From positions 1 through 28,763 of the IMG/VR virus record IMGVR_UViG_3300011339_000353: a DNA stretch of 28,763 bases; one strand, written 5' to 3'. Source of the stretch: a virus. Its lineage: Duplodnaviria; Caudoviricetes. Positions 25,758 through 28,763 of this stretch are shown piece by piece. Each line of letters starts with the position of its first letter. Position 1 is the stretch's first letter. Both the position numbers and the translations under genes were made by a program. The notes below the pieces were generated by a model. The model made no database searches and had not been told where the DNA came from. It saw nothing but the letters and a program-made list of their open reading frames with translations.

Positions 25758-27008
25758 TTATCTGGCTCCTATTGAGTGACCCCATCGCTGTGGAGCCTGC
25801 GGTTCTATGTTGCGGCGAACGGGCCACACATAGTCGAAATAATATCTGGCTGCATCAGTAAGGTGATCGTAGCCGGTATCTTTGTCAGGAACAGTTGTGC
25901 CTGGTTTGTAGTTGTGTCTTTCCAAACACTCTATGAGTCTTTTGCATCGGGGGTCAACAAAGAATCTTCTATCTCCCCCAGCAGAGCATAACATGCTATT
26001 TACAGCATTTACACCTTCTCGCACTTGGTTGTGGCTGGCAGGTGCCTTCACAACAAACCCGGCGTTTTGCAGGATCGAGAGGTCAGTAAAGCCGCCAGCT
26101 GAGGTTTTTCTTTGGCGGCATGCTGGATCAGGGTAGACCCAGATTCTGTCTGCGGCAAGTTTGTTATACCGCGATCGGATTTCCGCCACCATCTCTTGTG
26201 TGTTAGAGGAATACATTTCAATTTCGTCAATGGCCCAGACATGATCACCCTCCCTGGCAAATATCACTGCTGACATGGGATCAATGTTGAAGTCCATGCC
26301 AATGGCAATGGTTTGTTCAGAGGCACGACCTTCATAAGGTTTAACATTATGCACACGGTCAAACGCATACCAAACTCTATTGCCTGCTGACACAAAGGTG
26401 GCTTCAAACTCCTGCTGGAATGTTCTAGAATCCAACAACTTGCGAGCTTCACCTATTTCTTCAGGAGTAACAAAGCCACCATCCAGAGTGGTGAATTGCC
26501 ACGAAGCCCAGGATTCAGGATCTTCCTGTGCCATTTGATATATGTCATAACTCCAGTTGCCTATACCTTTGGGTGTGCCTGTGAACAGCACATGACCTTG
26601 TGTGTCTGCTAATGTAGGGCGTAGCACTTCGTAAAATGCTTCGGGATCGATGTCAGCAAACTCATCCATACACAAAAAATCTACTGCTCTTCCCCTGAGA
26701 CTGTCTGCGTTCTCAGCACCTTTGAGTGCTATCTCACTTCCATTTTTAAGATAGATTGTGAGAGCACTTTCATTAACCTTGTCTATCCAGCGTAGGTCTT
26801 GCAGTCGATGTCGAAGCTTACGCCAGGTTATTTCCTTGGCCATGCGATAGGAGGGTGCCACATACCATACCACACGATTGGGTTTACTTGCATAACGAGC
26901 CAGTTCTCTAATGGCCAAGGTGGTTTTGCCAAAGCGACGACCAGTGATCAAACATCTAAATCTTTTGTTGCTGTTGGCAACTTCTTGTTGTGCTAGACTT
27001 AGTGGCAT
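25758..27008 (-). CDS. terL: Terminase large subunit
   Basis: Walker A GRRFGKT, YVAPSY..AK, LRG...DE (Walker B), GTPKG, FQQEFEA.F, RNase H-like GMDFN.DP and DHLTDAARY. Confidence 0.96.
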   Translation of the reverse strand: MPLSLAQQEVANSNKRFRCLITGRRFGKTTLAIRELARYASKPNRVVWYVAPSYRMAKEITWRKLRHRLQDLRWIDKVNESALTIYLKNGSEIALKGAENADSLRGRAVDFLCMDEFADIDPEAFYEVLRPTLADTQGHVLFTGTPKGIGNWSYDIYQMAQEDPESWASWQFTTLDGGFVTPEEIGEARKLLDSRTFQQEFEATFVSAGNRVWYAFDRVHNVKPYEGRASEQTIAIGMDFNIDPMSAVIFAREGDHVWAIDEIEMYSSNTQEMVAEIRSRYNKLAADRIWVYPDPACRQRKTSAGGFTDLSILQNAGFVVKAPASHNQVREGVNAVNSMLCSAGGDRRFFVDPRCKRLIECLERHNYKPGTTVPDKDTGYDHLTDAARYYFDYVWPVRRNIEPQAPQRWGHSIGAR

Positions 27009-27346
27009 CAGATGTCTTGGTCCGACCAGGGCAGGGCACGACCATCGTCAGATTTGACTTCACTAGGACGACCCACAATGCGATCAAATACTGAGGCAAA
27101 TGCTTGTGCATCACCTTCTTTGCGAGCCCGCATCAACACTGACCAGGCCGCATTGTGTAGTTCAGCGGCCCATTGTGCTTGATATTCGTCAATGGTTTGC
27201 TTCATGACTTCACGCATGGCCTTGCGTTCTCGTCGCTTTTTGAGGTGTGCTTCCTTTTGTTCAGGAGTTAGTTTCTTCAACCAGTCAGCATAGGGTGCTT
27301 GACCAGGTTTCCAGGGTGTGTTGCCAGGTATGGGACTCTGGGCCAT
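27008..27346 (-). CDS. Putative terminase small subunit
   Basis: Immediately upstream of TerL with stop/start overlap; WKPGQ N-terminus, A..GD..AF..V.DR..GRP. Confidence 0.65.
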   Translation of the reverse strand: MAQSPIPGNTPWKPGQAPYADWLKKLTPEQKEAHLKKRRERKAMREVMKQTIDEYQAQWAAELHNAAWSVLMRARKEGDAQAFASVFDRIVGRPSEVKSDDGRALPWSDQDI

Positions 27347-27349
27347 AGC

Positions 27350-27520
27350 TTAAATTTCGTTATTGGCGTCTAGTATATCAGCAACCATACGCGGTGTGAT
27401 TACCAGTTCACCTGTCCAGCCTTCGTGCAAGGGATCAGGTTCCACCGCAGGAGTTCGAGCCATGAAGCTCTTGCACATGGCCACAAGCTCACCTGGTGAT
27501 AATAATTTTGAGTCAGTCAT
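27350..27520 (-). CDS. 56-aa hypothetical protein, possibly leaderless
   Basis: Manual translation MTDSKLLSPGELVAMCKSFMARTP...DANNEI; ATG 6 nt after TAAATA; no SD. Confidence 0.55.
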   Translation of the reverse strand: MTDSKLLSPGELVAMCKSFMARTPAVEPDPLHEGWTGELVITPRMVADILDANNEI

Positions 27521-27525
27521 TGCAA

Positions 27526-27702
27526 TTATTTAGCACGGACTGAATTTTTCTCTTTGTTTGGGGTGTTTTCAGGGAATTCTAAACGAATGGCTTCAAGTAC
27601 TGTTTCCAGTGCCTGTTCACGACCTTGGCTTTTGATCATGCGTTGCAGAATGCTTTGTATGCGTAAGCGTTCCATCAGAGTGGCAATGCGTATATTTGTC
27701 AT
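27526..27702 (-). CDS. 58-aa hypothetical protein
   Basis: MTNIRIATLMERLRIQSILQRMIKSQGREQALETVLEAIRLEFPE...; ATGA overlap with the lipoprotein gene. Confidence 0.6.
   Translation of the reverse strand: MTNIRIATLMERLRIQSILQRMIKSQGREQALETVLEAIRLEFPENTPNKEKNSVRAK
27527..27532 (-). promoter_or_regulatory. TAAATA motif at the start of the packaging operon
   Basis: Minus strand gcTAAATAattgcaATG. Confidence 0.55.
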
Positions 27703-27935
27703 CTGATATAACCCATGGTCTGTCCGTGTGTGTTGACAATGCGTGTTCTACCTCGTGCGGCACCACACCATTCAGGCCAGTCTCGACGACTATAACCTTC
27801 TGGCTTGAGTCGGGTGCCATCAAACTTAGAGAACTCCTGTGTCTGACAAGGATCTCGTGAGTCATAGTAGTTGGCTAGAAACGCAGGAGGTGTTGCACAA
27901 CCTGTTAGGAGTAAGCATAAGGCAAGGTATTTCAT
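27699..27935 (-). CDS. Small lipoprotein (superinfection-exclusion- or spanin-like)
   Basis: Signal peptide II MKYLALCLLLTG-C (lipobox LTGC); two further Cys residues. Confidence 0.75.
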   Translation of the reverse strand: MKYLALCLLLTGCATPPAFLANYYDSRDPCQTQEFSKFDGTRLKPEGYSRRDWPEWCGAARGRTRIVNTHGQTMGYIR

Positions 27936-28180
27936 TCTTGAATCTTTCTTGGGCGACCACGAGGACGGCCTGAGGGTGTTAAACTGGGAGTTGCAGGCTT
28001 GACTTTCTTGGGAGGGGCCGTGGGATCAGGTTCTGGTACTGCATCCACAAGATCAAAAAACTCATTCACATGATCTTCTGAGTTGGGATCCTTGCCCATT
28101 AACTTGCACCAGCGTAGATGAATGCGTTCACGCTCATCTAAATCCAGCAATCGGTATACTGACCAAGTTGGTAGTTTCAT
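27932..28180 (-). CDS. Hypothetical protein with a C-terminal AT-hook-like motif
   Basis: Pro-rich linker then GRPRGRPRK; ATGA overlaps. Confidence 0.7.
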   Translation of the reverse strand: MKLPTWSVYRLLDLDERERIHLRWCKLMGKDPNSEDHVNEFFDLVDAVPEPDPTAPPKKVKPATPSLTPSGRPRGRPRKIQE

Positions 28181-28365
28181 TTGATCTCCTGTGGGTAATG
28201 AATGGATTCAACAAATTGTTGGCGTTGAACCAGATTATCAAAATAAATGGTAATGCCTTGACGATCCAGGCGATGTGGTCGATCTTGACTCAGGGCTAGA
28301 TCTTTCAAAACCTGTATGTCAGCAGGATTTGGGCTGAATTTTGTGTAAAACACAGGTGTTGTCAT
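28177..28365 (-). CDS. Hypothetical protein (62 aa)
   Basis: In operon; contains the SD (AGGAG) for the next gene. Confidence 0.6.
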   Translation of the reverse strand: MTTPVFYTKFSPNPADIQVLKDLALSQDRPHRLDRQGITIYFDNLVQRQQFVESIHYPQEIK

Positions 28366-28388
28366 TTTGAATTATGTCCTTTTGAATA

Positions 28389-28763
28389 TCATTGCTCATC
28401 TTTCCATACTTTATATTCTTCACAAGTGATATAATAAAAACCAGAATTTTCTTGTTTAATCCATTTGGAAATCTTTTTTAAAGCATTTGCTAGACCGGCA
28501 TTGCTAGCATGTATTGCCGCAGTTGATATCGATTCATATGGCCCACTTGGAGTCATTATTGGTTTGCCTGTGGTACGCCTATGCAGATTTTTTTGTTCCA
28601 TTTTATATCCAGGCTTTTGGCATGTTATGTACCTACGAAGAGTATTCATTGCAATACCCAAAGCTTCGGCAGCTTGTGTAAGTGTGGAAAATTCTCCAAT
28701 ATGCGTTATAATTTTTTTACCATTTTGTTCGCGATTGCGTTTGGTCAATGTGGCCATGTAAGT
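28389..28763 (-). CDS. 3' part of the junction-spanning NUMOD1-like repeat protein (starts at 528)
   Basis: Two repeats: KKIIT(P/H)IGEFSTLTQAAEALG and KPIMTPSGPYESISTAA. Confidence 0.8.
   Translation of the reverse strand, partial: TYMATLTKRNREQNGKKIITHIGEFSTLTQAAEALGIAMNTLRRYITCQKPGYKMEQKNLHRRTTGKPIMTPSGPYESISTAAIHASNAGLANALKKISKWIKQENSGFYYITCEEYKVWKDEQ
28515..28763. repeat. Terminal direct repeat / circular overlap, right copy
   Basis: Matches 1-249 with two mismatches. Confidence 0.97.

Larger units (their letters stand above)
1..28763 (-). mobile_element. Complete small tailed phage genome (siphovirus-type), circular/circularly permuted, ~28.5 kb
   Basis: Terminase, portal, scaffold, capsid, tail tube, tape measure and tip genes in canonical order on the minus strand; 249-bp end overlap; an ORF continuous across the junction; no host-like housekeeping genes. 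Confidence 0.93.

Noticed and set aside
7953-26996. Numerous plus-strand ORFs in the track (e.g. 16205..16693, 18501..18992, 20582..20938)
   Set aside because: Antisense shadows of well-supported minus-strand genes, with no motifs or RBS.
27617-27865. 82-aa track ORF
   Set aside because: Alternative-frame overlap of the lipoprotein and 58-aa genes, which are coupled by ATGA.

Overview
The window looks like a complete, circularly permuted genome of a small tailed dsDNA phage with a siphovirus-type tail module. Unit length is about 28,514 bp: bases 1-249 repeat at 28515-28763, and one gene reads across the junction. Almost all genes are on the minus strand. The packaging and head module has TerS-like, TerL, portal, scaffold and capsid genes. 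The tail module has a tube, a GGGAAAG-frameshifted chaperone, a lambda-like tape measure, Dit/hub, a GNAT, a tip protein apparently split in three, fibres and a holin-like gene. A compact replication block holds a minimal exonuclease-less PolA-like polymerase, an N4/N6 DNA methylase, an AAA+ ATPase and HNH/NUMOD-like proteins. The most unusual signals are: (1) a perfect 41-bp direct repeat bracketing exactly the polymerase catalytic domain, in frame with an alternative downstream ORF; (2) a TAAATA/TATAAATA T4-late-like motif that I found only at transcription-unit starts, in a genome with no recognisable sigma factor or endolysin, suggesting helper dependence; (3) a control region (5130-5720) with a candidate structured ~190-nt RNA antisense to the ribosome-binding site of the first replication-operon gene, plus a 41-aa ORF whose 3' UTR is complementary to its own RBS. 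Protein calls rest on motif recognition and synteny only; no searches were run.
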